Positions 30,547 to 43,933 of a stretch of DNA of 64,000 nt are shown piece after piece (the stretch's first letter is position 1; the number at the start of each line of letters is the position of its first letter). The stretch lies in NCBI RefSeq assembly GCF_009914755.1, contig NC_060928.1; one strand, 5' to 3'. The notes below the pieces were generated by a model, which did no database searches, was not told the origin of the DNA, and saw only the letters and a program-made list of their open reading frames with translations. The translations under genes were made by a program, and so were the position numbers. The DNA comes from the human T2T-CHM13v2.0 reference genome, Homo sapiens.

Positions 30547-31940
30547 CTAACAGAACTTTCTAGTTTTCACAACCTTACTCTGATACTTTACAGAGTGCCC
30601 CCCATGTCCTATGACATAAACATCCAGCAGGTAAGATTTGCCAGGCTGAAGACCTTTAATTGTTTCTGTGGTCACTGCTTTCTGCAGGTTTTGACTGTGG
30701 AAATATTTACAGAGGACCTTTTCTGACTTCTTCCTTATATCTGGTCCTAGACATTGGTTTTGCTCTCTTTTCTTCTGGTCTTCATTGTAGTTATCATCCA
30801 CTTCTTTTTTGTAGATGCAAAACTTGTTCCTTTCCTGAGTGCCTAGCCAAGCCACGGTGGCCGAGGAACAGGTACGGAGCTTGTCAAAGGCTTTGATTCT
30901 TGTGTCTTCAGGAAGAGAGGGAAATGACTGCTTAGTAGGCCTTGTGGTAGCTAGAATTTTCAACATAGATGCTCCTTTCTTGTTTCCTTTCAGTCGAACG
31001 AGGTATTTAGCTTTAGGTTTTCCTCTAAGCTGAAACTGCTGAATGCCTTCCACATTCTGAGACAGAAGAAGTTTCCCATCTCTTCTCACTTGGATTTGGA
31101 CAGCATCCAGACAAGAGTGAATAAAGAAGGTGACTTTTTGGTGAGAAGAGACTGGAGCAAACCGTAGAAACTTTGCTCCCTTCCTTTTAACAAATACATC
31201 TGTTATCTTCCCATCTTTGAGCTCGACTGTCTTCTGTTTGGCTTCTTCCTTGGTCCTGGCAAAGGTACCTACATAAGCGGTGCTCATGTTGCTGTTGATG
31301 TTGACCACAAATACGTCAAAGTAGTACTGCGTGTCGGGTTTCAGATCAGAGACGGTGAAGATGTTCTTGTTTCCTATGCAGATTTTCTGAATATCAACCT
31401 TGGGCCTGGAGTAGACATGACGCCCCAGTTTTGGAGAAGGCTTTGCCTGGAAACTGCGTTCTTTACCTGAATTATCAGAAGGAAATCCAAAGTGGGCAAA
31501 GTCAAAGGGGCTGAAGTCCAGACCAGGTTTCGGTGCCATCATAAAAGCATCATCTGCACTCAGTTTTGCTTCCACTGCACAGAGACTTTTGAAATTGTGC
31601 TCTTTGTTGATGACCACACAGTACTGAATGGGTTGTTTCAGCAAAGAGGCAGTGGGGCTTGGTTTCCAGGCCAAAGTGACCGTGGTGCGCCCCAGTGAGG
31701 TCACATCTACTCTTGGGTCATAGGGTAACTCAGGGTATGGCTGATCAGATTCTGGAGTTGTGGTGGCATATACTTTGAAATGTGTGTCTTTCTCTGTTGA
31801 AAGAAGATCCAACTGATATAAACCAGATGGGGAACTAGACGATATAAAATACTCAACATCATTGCCTTTGTAGGAGAATAACTCAGTGCCTTCCTCATTA
31901 ATGATCTGCTGCTTCTGCTGCTCAAGAGGTTCCAGATCAC
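30547..31940 (-). CDS. NDNF: NDNF last coding exon (NDNF domain and fibronectin type III-like domains, ends KTRKFC*)
   Basis: 471-aa ORF 30547..31962; true acceptor ctgtattttctag|GTGAT at 31941/31940; TAG stop at 30549-30547. Spliced CDS is 1707 nt = 568 aa. Confidence 0.98.
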
Positions 31941-32362
31941 CTAGAAAATACAGGAGAAGCACAGGCTACTGTCAGGGCATACACTGTGGCTTGCCAACCT
32001 TAAGTTATCCTTTTATCTTATTTTTTCTCCGTTATGAAAATAGTACATGTTCATAAGTAAAAATATTTATAAATGTATTCAAGATAATATTTATTTTGAC
32101 CATTATACATAATGTTCTTATATATGTGTAAGGCTTCTCTGAATTTAAATTATTTCTTCAGAGCAGAATCCAATTAGTAAAAATTTTAGGTCAGAGACTG
32201 TAAACTTTTGAGACATTATTAATCCTAACTGTCAATCTGCTTACCAAAAGAATTGTATCAGTTTGCATTTGGATGGCCAGCCATTTTGCTAATTTCACGG
32301 CTGTTAGAAGGACTAGACAATCTGATTAAAATACACAATATAAAGTACCAGTAAGAATATTT

Positions 32363-32697
32363 GGCTGGGTGTCATGGCTCATGCCTGTTATCCTAGCACT
32401 TTGGGATGCTGAGGCTGTAAGATTACTTGAAGCTGAACCTGGACAACAAAGAGAGACCCTGTCTCTGTAAGAAATAAAGATAAAAAAATTAGCTGGGCAT
32501 AGTGGCACATGCTTGTAGTCCCAGGTACTTGGGAGGCTGAGGCAGGATTGCTTAAGCCCTGGAGTTCAAGGCTGCAGTGAGCTATGATTGCACCACTGTG
32601 CTCTAGCCTGGGCAACAAAGCAAGACCCTGTCTCAAAATAAGATAAAATAAAATAAAATAAAATAAAATAAAATAAAACAAAACAAAATAAAAAAAG
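32363..32697 (+). mobile_element. AluJ-like with (AAAAT)n tail, in the last NDNF intron
   Basis: Alu consensus with an internal left-arm deletion; degenerate TSD aagaatattt/aagaatgctt. Confidence 0.93.
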
Positions 32698-32976
32698 AAT
32701 GCTTAAGGTTCAAAGTATAGAACGTGCACCCAGGAATAACACAGGAATAGTGTTAAAGCTAAACTAATTTTTTCCATATTTTGTTACCGTAAGTATCAGA
32801 TATCACACAGATATCAGTGTATAGCTTAGTCTCCAGGGCTTGGTGAATGACTGGGTAGCTACAGTGAGAAGAAACCTTTTCCAGCTTATCATTGCAGGTT
32901 GAAAGTGAGCTATACAGAATTTCCTATTCCTAAACTATGGGATAAACACAATCATCAAACAGATATATTAACGTCA

Positions 32977-33372
<396 letters not shown>

Positions 33373-33409
33373 CTACTATAGCTAGCCTTTGTAGATACGT
33401 ATACATAGT

Positions 33410-33550
33410 TATATATATATGTATATATATATATACGTATATATATATGTATATATATATGTATATATATATATATAAAGACTATGTATGTGTATATATA
33501 TATATAAAGACTATGTATATATATATATAAAGACTATGTATATATATATA
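33410..33550. repeat. Compound (TA)n microsatellite with three aaagactatgta interruptions
   Basis: Seen directly. Confidence 0.95.
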
Positions 33551-33786
33551 GTCATTTGTAGGGCACCCATTGTCAAGCCTTCACCTTTAACCTATGATGC
33601 CCTTAAAGAGCTTTCAGGGTGCCATACAAACTCTTCTCATTTCTCTTTTATTTTATTTGCTCTCTATCATCTGTCTTCTTTAAATGCTTAGCCCACTCAT
33701 CCTACTAACTTTGTTTTCATCTTGGCCTTTAACTGCTACTAAATGCCTCTCTGCTTCTCTGTTTCCATCTGTTATTCCCTGGAGAT

Positions 33787-33965
33787 CAGAGGTTCTTAAC
33801 CTTGGCTGTATATTAGAATCACCTGGGGAGTGTGGCTAAAAATCCCAAAGTTTGGACCTCACCCCATTCCAATCAAATCAGACCTTTGCAAGATCTAGGC
33901 ATCAGCAGTTTTTAAAGCCTTATACGTACGTGATTAGGATGTTTAGGCAAGATTGCAAACCACAG
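33787..33965. mobile_element. MER5A-like hAT element
   Basis: cagaggttcttaaccttggctgtatattagaatcacctgggga...aaaccacag. Confidence 0.8.
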
Positions 33966-34222
33966 CCATAGAGGCTAGTCCAAACCTCTCCCCTTCTCCT
34001 CAAGCCGTCAATCCCTGTACCTGTCTCTCCTAACCTTTTATTTTATCAGGATCAGTGTCATCTGATGCCACCCTCCCACTTCCCTTATCTCCGTCTCATA
34101 CCTCCAGATTCACTTGTGCACCCATGCTGCCTTTTCTTACTAACACATAGAAGGTTGTATGTTTCACAAGCATTAAAACCATCCATTCAAAGGTCCAGGG
34201 GCAGATCTATCCTGCTGCTTAC

Positions 34223-34347
34223 CTGAGCCTTCCCCGCTCCTGTCCTCTGGCAGCTCCTGGAGGCTCAGCTTCCACTCCAAAGGCGCATCACAGGGCGTCA
34301 CTGTGACTGATAATGGAGTATTGTCTTCTTCAACCACAAAGAAATAC
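34223..34347 (-). CDS. NDNF: NDNF middle coding exon (R-YFFVVEEDNTPLSVTVTPCDAPLEWKLSLQELPEDRSGEGS-G)
   Basis: Not in the ORF track; translated by hand. Acceptor ttcccacag|GTATTTC, donor TCAG|gtaagc. 125 nt, phases compatible with both neighbouring exons. Confidence 0.96.
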
Positions 34348-34792
34348 CTGTGGGAAAGTGGACCACTTTAGACCGTGGTAATTCTTTCTAACATTTACAA
34401 TCAAGACTTACCAGAAAAATCATTTGGTTTTAATTTTTTTTTTCATTTTATAAATTTTATAAAATTTTCATAAAATGTCATTGTATTTTCCCTTAACACA
34501 GTTTAATAAAATTGGCTATTTGACACAAAACATGATACAGCATTAACTGTGGAAGTCCAACAGCCCCAAGGATCTGCAACCAGATTTATCATCAACAAAT
34601 ACAGCGTGAAATAAAACACATTGAACCCAAAGTATTTTGAGTTAAAAATCAACACTGACCTGTTGCCTGGTATTATTTAACACAGGCCCCGCCACTGCAA
34701 AATAAATCACAACCAAGAAAATTTCCAGGTTTGTTGCCCTATAGGTGCCATGCTTTCCATACATTTGGTGATAAATTTGTACATTAACTTGA

Positions 34793-35238
<446 letters not shown>

Positions 35239-35999
35239 CATTTCATATCTTTTGGAATGGCATTATCTAATCACCATTTGAGAAATACTTTAAAAAGTAA
35301 AGAGCACTGTGTCAGTCAGTAGAAAGACACATTTCTCTAACACAGGTTTTCTGTTGAATTAAATAAGTTAATGATTTTAAAACAAAATTTAAAAAATCAA
35401 ATGTTCTACTCTGTGCTTTCCCCTGAGCCTTTATTGTAATGCCTTAAAAAGAATAAAAATATTGCTTAACTATAGAAATACCATATACTCTTACTCCAAA
35501 TGACTTAGATGGTTTCATTTAATTATCTTTCAAAACCTATAATCTTGCCAATGAGGAAAGAGTGGTTTCAGTTCCAGCAAGCCCAGAGTTGCTCATTGAT
35601 TCCATGCAGAGAAAAGCAGGCTTTGCCTCCTGTGGATTGAACCTCCTGGATATCTCTTGCCTTCCTATTCTCTCCATAACCCTGACCAACACTGACCACC
35701 AGAGCCTCCGACCCCAGCAGTCTCTTCTGCTGGTTCCTTCTCACCTCCCTGAACTCTAATGTTGGGAGTGAACCACAGGACTGTGCTTGAACGTCTCTTT
35801 TCTACCTATGCTCACTCCCTGTGTGACCTCATCCAGGCTCATACAATTAAGGAATTTTTCCCTAAGGCTAAAACCTAAAGCTCCGATAGGACTCTCAGCT
35901 GGAAATCACATAGTACATTTGCTTTTTTAGGAGATTCCTCTTGCTGCAGTTTTAAGGAATGATTCGGAGGTGGTGAAAGTGGAGGTATGGGAAACTACT

Positions 36000-36555
36000 C
36001 ATTAATTCATCCAACAAACATTCCTTGAGATTTATTTTAGTCTTTGAGACTAAAGAAAAAGCATCCCCGAAGAAATGACTTTACATGTGAGTTGGGGCAA
36101 AGGAGTTCTTTTCAGGCAGAGAAAACCACATCCCATAGACGGTAGGGTGAGTAGGGTTCAGAAACTAGAGAAGTACTTTGTGGTTTGAGCACAGAGTTAA
36201 GTGGGTAGTGACAGGACAAGAAACAGGTGAGGTAGGCAGAGGCCCTGTCACTACAGAGGTTTGTGACTCATACTCACATTTAAAGTCATTTCTTCAGGGA
36301 TGCTTTTTCCAACTCACTCTGGATCAGGTCCTCTGATGCATTCTCAGAACGTCCTATACTTTTTACTTTTGGGCACTTATTGTTACTTGTGACTATATAA
36401 TTGTATTATCATTTGATTAATGTCATTTTCCTCACAAGGGCCCTGTTAGGGTTCATTTATCACGCCTTTGTATTCCCAGCAATTAGCACAGGTTTCTGCA
36501 TGTATGTACTTGATCAACATTTTAAAATAATTGAATTACTAAATAAGTAAATAAA
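36000..36555. mobile_element. L2 fragments in both orientations
   Basis: tcattaattcatccaacaaacattccttgag (-) and tgtattcccagcaattagcacagg (+). Confidence 0.65.
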
Positions 36556-38981
36556 ACCTAAGAATCCTAACACCACACTTCTTGTTCTAGCCTGGTTCAT
36601 ACACCTAGAGACTCCTTCTATCTGAAGATATAGAATCTGAATTGAAATACAAGTACTTCCCCCAGCCACCACCATTCAAAGATGCTTTTGGAGATGGAGA
36701 ATGGGAGTGGGGCAGTGGGCAGACAAATAAAGTGAAGACCCTATAAATGCAAAAGCAACTTATTCATATAACAGTAAAGTTAAACAATCATCTAGACAAA
36801 ATAGATGATTGAATTGTTTACTGTATGTGAAGTTTAATGTACCATAAGCATTCCTGAACAGTGTCAGAAGGCTTAATTTTTAATACAGTCTACTTTTTGT
36901 GAGTAGAATTTTGTCCCTTTGGCCAGATTGCATGGGAGTTATTAACCACATAAACATAATTGAACCTATCTATATTACAAAGGAATAGGTACAACAATAT
37001 AACTAGTTTGGCATCATATAAGTAAAAGAGTGTTCAAAACTTCGTGTTTGATTTTAGGTTTTATGTGAATAACAGAGCTAAGCAACGGCACAGAAGAAAA
37101 CAATGTACAAGTTTGTCTATTACCTTCTGTTCTCATTTCACACAAGGAAGTAGTTTATTTCCAAAACTGTGTCTTAGTAACTTAAACGTAGGTCATAGGT
37201 GACCAGTTACAAATAAAACAATGCTTTCATTCCACAAGATAATGATTATGCATATAAAGCAGCAGGGAGACCCTCTAAGTTAACATTTTCATATGGAAGC
37301 ACTTATGATTAGGGATAAATGATAATTTGAATATACTTAACAATTTGACAGATATTTATTGTCTACCATGCACAAAGCAACTGTAGAAGAGAGTGACAAT
37401 CAGAGATGACGGGACATAATCTACATGTTCGAGATATTTACTGGCTAGTGAGGGACACAGAAACATAATTAATAACTAAGGAAACATGGCCCAAATTATA
37501 GTGCCAAAGCTGAGGGATAAGCACACCATGAGCCATTTAGCCTTTGGAATTTATGTATAAACGTAAGAATAATTAATGCATTTGCTGTCTTTTTAAATTT
37601 ACTGCTGTGCAACTTTATCTGGAATTTCTTTTTTTAGTTGGAATATCAACAACATGTTTGTGTGCTTATCATTACATATTTCACCCCTAGAAATGAAGTT
37701 TCTACTTGTGGTTATAATCCTTTACTAGCATAAGTCTGCTTTTACTAGTGTATGTTAACATTTTTTCCTATTGTGGATACCAAGGGCCTCAATAATCATT
37801 GGCGGAAAAAAGATAAATATAAAGAATGAATAAATGAGAGAAATAAAAAGAGAAAATGTTGTTTTATAATGTCTCTTAATAAAAACATGGCGCTTTACTT
37901 TAAAAGTGTAATTTCTAAAACAGCTCTTACAGGCAAAACTTATTTAATTTTTAAGAAACTGGAAGACTAAAGAAAGATGAATCATTTAATTAAGTGATTG
38001 GATTACATAATGTGGAATGCTGTATTTAAAGTATATTGCAAAGAAGGCAGTGCCCAAGTGCATTTGGGAAATGAAAGTAATTTCTACAGAAAAATTTTGA
38101 TTTGATTTCACTCACACGTAAATTTCAAAGGACAAAATAATATGAAAAGCCAAATGTGCCCAGCAAGAACTCAGTTAATAGTTAAGATTAACTTGAAGTA
38201 TTATGACTGCTTTGTATGCCTTTTACTGTTTTCACAGACTCAATTTTAGTCAGGACCAAGAGAGCAAGTTCCTTCAATGTAATCATCCTTTCCTTTTCTG
38301 CCTTCACTCTCATGAATGTCATTTAAAGATTCAAAATTATTTTATATGTTATTGACAAGTCAGTTACTAGTCTAGTGTGTTCATGCAAACAAATAATTTT
38401 ACTCGAGCAGTGCCAAAATGATAATCCGAACAATAGTTCACTCTAGTTAATGTAGGAAAACTGATCACCTATCATCATTTTGACTAACCAGATGGAGATA
38501 AGACTGGGCCATTGAGTGGAAGGGGTTCAGACCACCATCTTCCATGATTACTGTTAATCAAAACTGAAAAGATGACTAATGATCTGATATATCTCAATCT
38601 CTAGAAAATGGGTTATTGATGTTCTGAAACAGTTTAATCCTTTGGAATTTCACTGTATCCCAGGTTAGAAGGAGCAACTGGTTTTGAAATATAATTATCC
38701 AAAGATTAACTGTGTGTGCTAAACTTACAAAGGGAGAAGAGTTTGAGCACTACAAAATAGGTAACTTTAAATGTAATTAATTTATAACATATTATTTTTA
38801 TTTTATATATATATATATTTTAAAGGTCAAAATATTTAGAAACTTTATGTGAGCCCAATTTGTTGATGTTGGAGTAAAGGTAAATAAACCGTGTCAGTTT
38901 TTATGACTGTTTAGTTTGATTCTCTCAGAATATGATAATATTTGTTGAAGAAATATTATACTCATAAAACATAATGCATTA

Positions 38982-39270
38982 AGTGTGGTGTCTCATGCCT
39001 GTAATCCCAACACTTTGGGATGCTGAGGCAGGAGGATCACTTGAGCTCAGGAGTTAGAGACCAGCCTGGGCAACATAGTGAGACACCATCTCTACTACAA
39101 ATTTTAAAAATTTGAGGGGAAAGGTGGCACACACCTATAGTCCCAGCTATTCATGAGGCTGAGGTGGGAGGATTGATTCATCCCGGGATGTTGAGGCTAC
39201 AATGAGCCATGACCGTGCTACTGCACTCCAACCTGAGCAACACAGTGAGACCTTGTCTCAGAAACAAAAC
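38982..39270 (+). mobile_element. AluJ-like
   Basis: Diverged Alu dimer with short tail. Confidence 0.92.
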
Positions 39271-39364
39271 TTAATGCAAACTCTTGAAGAATCATACATA
39301 TTCATGAAAATTGATTTCACTTTAATCCTACAGAATCCTTCTTAGAAATATCCTACTGTACTGA

Positions 39365-39692
<328 letters not shown>

Positions 39693-39943
39693 TCATTCCA
39701 AAATGTAAGAAATGCAAGCATTGCCTCCTACACGCAAAAGGAGATGACAATCAGCAAGAATCAAACAGCCTCTATTTCATAATTAGAAGTTGCACTGCCA
39801 TGTTCCCCCTTACTTACAGAAAATCGGTAATGCCATTCATAGGTTGATTTGTAAATTACCTAAACTAAGTCTAAAGGTTACTCTCTTTTTTGGAGGCATC
39901 CTTTGTGAGCTTTTTAATAAAGAAAATACTGCAGGGAGAATAC

Positions 39944-40131
39944 CTTTTAGGTGTATCTCTAAAGAGATAACTGCTAATTTCAGCTCCATCTGGAATTACT
40001 GACGAATCATGAAAAAATGCCTTGTCCCGGATCTGCATCTGAAAAAGTTCCTCATCCCGGGTGGGTAACTTCTGGGTCCTTGAGCTGAGTGGAAACAGGA
40101 GCCACAGCAGGCACCAGTGGAGCAGCACCAT
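39944..40131 (-). CDS. NDNF: NDNF first coding exon (signal peptide MVLLHWCLLWLLFPLSSRT... to ...FRDTPK, split R codon)
   Basis: ATG at 40131-40129, preceded by acceptor ttctgttgcctcag|G, so the exon starts at 40132 with 1 nt of 5'UTR. Donor AAAAG|gtattc at 39943. 188 coding nt; hydrophobic N-terminus recognised as NDNF. Confidence 0.97.
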
Positions 40132-41619
40132 CCTGAGGCAACAGAAATGACTACTTTATTAGTTCTGCAGGCAGACACTCAGGCAAGTCACAGACTTTCT
40201 AAAGGGTTAACACTATTTTAGCTTTGATGGAAATTTAGGGACGCATCATGTATTTTGGATACATACACATGATCTTCAAGGCAACTTTACTATATTTTTT
40301 CTTCAAACATTTTCATGATGTTAAAAATAAATTCACTAGAATTTCAGACATTAAAAAGATTTTGAAATGAAAAGACTCTTGCTGCATTAACTTCTCTGGG
40401 TATTCAGAGAGAAAATCCTCACTTCATTACAGCAGAAGCCTATATGGACATTGTAGATAACACTATATCAATGTCTCAAAGCTTGCACGAAAATAATCTC
40501 TTAAGGTCAGTTTTTTGAACTATTATAAAAGTTATACCAATGGTTGGTTGGTATCATTGCTCAGCAGTCAAGTTGCTAATTGCTGATATGGTTGAACTAT
40601 TACATTCAACATAAATCACAGAGACTCATTGAGAACCAGAAAATTATCACTGCTCAATTATTTTTATTCTTCCCTAAAATCTGACTAGGGGTTATACATA
40701 TATAACTCTCTACGTAGTATTATGCTTTTTCCAAGATCAAATTTTCATAAGTCAAGGATTTTTATAAATCATAAAGTTCATCTCCTTCACAGATTAAGCA
40801 ATTTGTCCAGAATCACAAGATGAGTTATTAGTTGATGTTTAGTTGTTATCAGGTACCAGAGTCTTCAACACAACGTTGACATATACACCTCTATCATTTT
40901 AGAAAATGGGCTTGAACCTTCACTCACACATCAAGCCAGAAAGGTGTATATTTAGAACATTTGTCTTAACCTCCAGCAGAGAGTACTTTCACTGAGTTAC
41001 ATTTTGGCATTTGTCACTGACTTTCATCAAAGATCCTCTAAGTAATGATGGATCATTCTCTACTGCACATTGCTGTAGGGGTGTTGTCAAAGACACTGTC
41101 TTCCACATGTCTTGGTGTTCCCAACAGGAAGCCCCAGGTAGGCAAGTTCCTTGACATGACAGGTCTCATGAAAAAACTTTGCTTCCTCTGACCATTTGGT
41201 ATTTTTTTTTCCTCACAGAAAGAAATATGTAAAGAATTGTTTTCCTTTACCTCTTTGACTTAACATACATCAGGGAATTAAAGCATTAGAGAAATATAGT
41301 GTTTTTACATTGAGGTACTTTAAATAGCAAATATTTGTGATAATTCAAGATGAAGTGAATGCCAGTTTTATTTTTAAATGGACATTACTATAATCAACCT
41401 CTACTTAAAACATCATTTGATTTTAATTTTATCTTTCTTTGAATGCTATCAAAAATAGATTCAGATTGCAAAAATATATAGTTTGAAAGAAATAACATTC
41501 TCTTTTTTACAATGTGGACATGAGAGTTGGATTTTTCACAACGAGCTTGTGCAAAATGCATTTTACTTTTCTCCAAATATTCTTTGCTGTTCTGTGTTCT
41601 GCGGTTTTCCATACAAAAT

Positions 41620-41830
41620 ATCTGCAGTGATCTAGAGCTACTATGTGCAAAGCACTGTTCTAAGTTCACGAGTTGCATTACTACTTTTAGTCCTCACAAT
41701 AAGCCTGTGAAGTAGCTGCTATCCTATGCAAAAACAAAACTCCATTAGGTAAGCAGAGAAAGGATACAAATACAGGTGGATCTGACTGCAGAGCCCAGTG
41801 TTCATCCTCTGTAATATCTCTCCAGAAAGC
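41620..41830 (-). mobile_element. MIR
   Basis: gagctactatgtgcaaagcactgttctaag...tcctcacaataagcctgtgaagtag. Confidence 0.75.
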
Positions 41831-42851
41831 CATAATAACTTATTATGAGGCTTTTCTTTCCCACTCTTATTTCTTAATTGTATTGCAAGTGTAAGAAAAT
41901 TCAACTGAGAGCTAAGAAACTTGATGTTTAGCTTCAGTTCCTTACTAGATGTGTGATCTTAGGCAATTCACCTAGCCACTCCGGACCTCAGTTTTTTGAA
42001 GAGTTTGGATGGGTGATCTATAATCAGCAATGCTTCTGAGACTGAATAAACTTTTCTTCCTAAAAAGCTGGCAGTTTAAGAATAAGACCAGGCCTTCTTA
42101 AGTTGCCTGAAGTAATCTCTCCCTCAGATATCCAGATGATTGTCAAGGAGAAATCCAAAAGAACTTGGGGATGTCAGTGGGAGCTCATGAGAGTTGCTAA
42201 CAGTAGACAAGGGCTATGTCTGCAAAAGATGGCTGGATGGATCAAAATCAAGACTAGGTTGATATAATCTAACCAAGCAAGGACATGGTGGACTGACCTG
42301 AATGGGACCTCCCTCACTGCTGTCTGTCCCTCCCCTCTGCTCCTCTTTTGTTTGGAGCTAACAGAAACTGAAAATCCAAATGGCATTTGCTATGCTGCCT
42401 CTGTTTAGAAATACCATAGACATGCCACATGCAATTCTACAAGTTTACTTCTCTTTGTAGTACCATCCCCAAAACTTGCCTTGTGAGAACAGACGAGGCC
42501 AACTAAAGAAGAAAATCTCTTTAGAAATAGCTAGAATTTCGCTTTCTGTACTTGTTAGAAATTTAGCAAACATGCTATCAGAGCACTTGAAAGCGAGATA
42601 CACAGGCATATTTGCCTCAGAGCCACTCAAGGCTTACCTCCTTAGGCCCCATGTTTGCCCACAAAGCTGCCAACCACGGTGCCACAGTATGACTTAGCAG
42701 GACAAGCTGCCTAAGGACCCAGGGTATCTGGGATATTTAGGTCAGCCCGAGTTGGAAAAATAGTGTCGATTGATAGGAACTTTCCCTGCATCCTCAACTG
42801 CCCTAGGAAAGAACTCTCTATTAAATCAGATACTTATAAAAAATGAATTCT

Positions 42852-43205
<354 letters not shown>

Positions 43206-43474
43206 CTAAGTTCTTTATATATATTATTTCATCTAATGCTAGCAACAACACTATAATGTAGGCACTATTCTTTTTTCTCATTTTAAAAATGATCAAAGTG
43301 AGACTTAGATAAGTAAGGTCATACAGTAAATACTATCTGATGTAAAAAATATGAACTATTTATTATAGGTGGCTTAAAATATGGTAAATCTGATTATTAT
43401 ATATTCTCCAGTTCAGCTACTTAACAAATTAATATTAGTAAACAAATTCAAGTTATAGGATTATGCAGAGTAAG

Positions 43475-43933
43475 TGTTGGGAGGCAATTCTCCATGGGTC
43501 TCTGTGTTTGCTTTTGCAAGTACTTGGGAGCAGAAGTACTGACTGCTTTTGTTCCACATTATCTTTTCAAGGATATTTGTATAGTGAGCAGTCTTGGCAG
43601 ATAAAGCCTCTGGAGCAAAGAGCAGGCATGGCTACCACCCATTATAGAAGATTTTAGGTCCCTAAATTCAGGGATCCTCTCTTGTAATAAAATCCAAACA
43701 TGGCCCAGTGCCCGCTGGCCCTCTTTGCATCATCCTGTGGGAAGTGGGGGTCAGGGAGCCAGTGGAAGAAAATAATGATACTCTGCCTGAGTAATACGTC
43801 ACTCTGAGTAATAAAGTCCTTTGTCTCTGACCCAGGAGTATCTTGCCTTCTTCTAGCATCCATGAAACTATGACAGACTAATTTATTAGCTTGCAAGTGG
43901 GCTAAAATCTCAAGTCTTTCATAGTCTTTGACA
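43475..43933 (+). mobile_element. Solo LTR, MER54-like (ERVL)
   Basis: TG...CA ends, internal aataaagtcctttgtctctgacccaggagt, TSD gtaag/ctaag. Confidence 0.82.

Noticed and set aside
30660-31698. + strand ORFs overlapping the last NDNF exon
   Set aside because: Short antisense shadows of the real CDS.
31941-31962. N-terminal MLLLYFL of the 471-aa ORF
   Set aside because: It is the translated polypyrimidine tract and acceptor; the exon starts at 31940.
34444-34477. AT-only palindrome (aaattttataaaattt core)
   Set aside because: Low complexity; plausible by chance in AT-rich DNA.
39871-39943. C-terminal YSPCSIFFIKK... of the 86-aa ORF
   Set aside because: Read-through past the GT donor into the intron.
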